From the NCBI GenBank assembly GCA_030248215.1, contig JASANG010003338.1, forward strand, positions 372,001 through 436,000: DNA of 64,000 nt, in the 5' to 3' direction. How positions within the stretch are numbered: position 1 is the first letter of the stretch; every line of letters begins with the position of its first letter. The translations under genes were made by a program, and so were the position numbers. Shown here piece by piece: positions 63,270 through 64,000 of this stretch. The DNA comes from Enoplolaimus lenunculus (lineage: Eukaryota). The notes beneath the pieces are model-generated. The model saw nothing but the letters and a program-made list of their open reading frames with translations, was not told the DNA's origin and ran no database searches.

Positions 63270-63589
63270 CTAAAATAATCACGTCCTGTTTACAGAAACT
63301 ACAGCGCTTAGATAATTAACCACACTCCGTAACCGTTAAGTAAACCAGTCGTAGTAGAACTACATGTATTGAGATAAGCTCGGTCATACTTTTGAAATGA
63401 TTTAAAAAGTCCTAATTTAGGAACTAATTAAGCTTATGTAAAAATTTCCTATTAGCTAATTATGCAATCATCGGTTTTGTAGGTTTATAAACAATTTGTT
63501 AACCCTTTAGTACTGAATTTGATTGCTTGTAACCCTAATAATCAGTGAAATAATTTAAAAAAACCCAATGCAAAGTTAACATCCCAGGA

Positions 63590-63705
63590 TAAAAAGCTTT
63601 CAAACAAAAAAAGTTTATCAAGATTCTTTTCGGACGGACGGACTGACGGACGAACATCCGCCTTTCGACCCACGGGCACAAAATATAAAAGCGCTTCGCG
63701 AAAAT
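63590..63705 (+). mobile_element. Possible Helentron/DINE-like element end
   Basis: GGAC microsatellite followed by a short terminal hairpin (gcgcttcgcg) and an A-run, as in HINE/DINE-1-type ends. Confidence 0.4.
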
Positions 63706-64000
63706 TATAGATATTCAATACATTTTGAAGTGTTCATAAACCAAACACGCTTTTAATGTAACACAATCATAGAAACATGCAAAGCCTGTAGCTTAAAACC
63801 AGGTTCGAACAATTGGATACAATTTTCATCATAGAATTACTGTTGTACATTTTAGAAAACATGCCAAAAAATGGTTAAGCGAATTTTGAGCTATTCCATC
63901 ATCAAGTTTTAAGAAAACATATCCGAAACAGGTTATTAATTTATTAACAAAATTAAACTAATTACAAAAACACTCATTTCGAAATAACAAATTTTCAAAC

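Overview
Eukaryotic, AT-rich, intron-rich DNA, most likely from a nematode: TTAGGC repeats are abundant, and the relaxed 3' splice sites suggest a non-rhabditid lineage. I assembled four multi-exon genes by hand, all on the minus strand. (1) RELCH/KIAA1468, 10388 to <150, runs off the left edge. (2) An exostosin-1 (EXT1/ttv/rib-1 family) gene, 28752-14175, has a polyQ insert and a degenerate GT64 domain. (3) A secreted VWD + C8-like protein, about 49885-32853. (4) The catalytic 3' half of a SENP6/7 (ULP-2 type) SUMO protease, >63269-55868. Introns and intergenic DNA carry many MITEs: hAT-like, CACTG-ended, and a family with GG(C/T)C ends and an 8-bp TSD that carries telomeric TTAGGC cores. There are also a tRNA-derived SINE and a 122-bp satellite. 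The most unusual structure is a 1.19-kb intronless SGNH-hydrolase cassette between two near-identical ~645-bp direct repeats made of host MITE junction DNA (51594-54071). Other leads are an in-frame heptad minisatellite that could give a GT47-only EXT1 isoform, and hairpin-dense islands in introns. All homology calls come from remembered family motifs, not database searches, and coordinates were read by eye.
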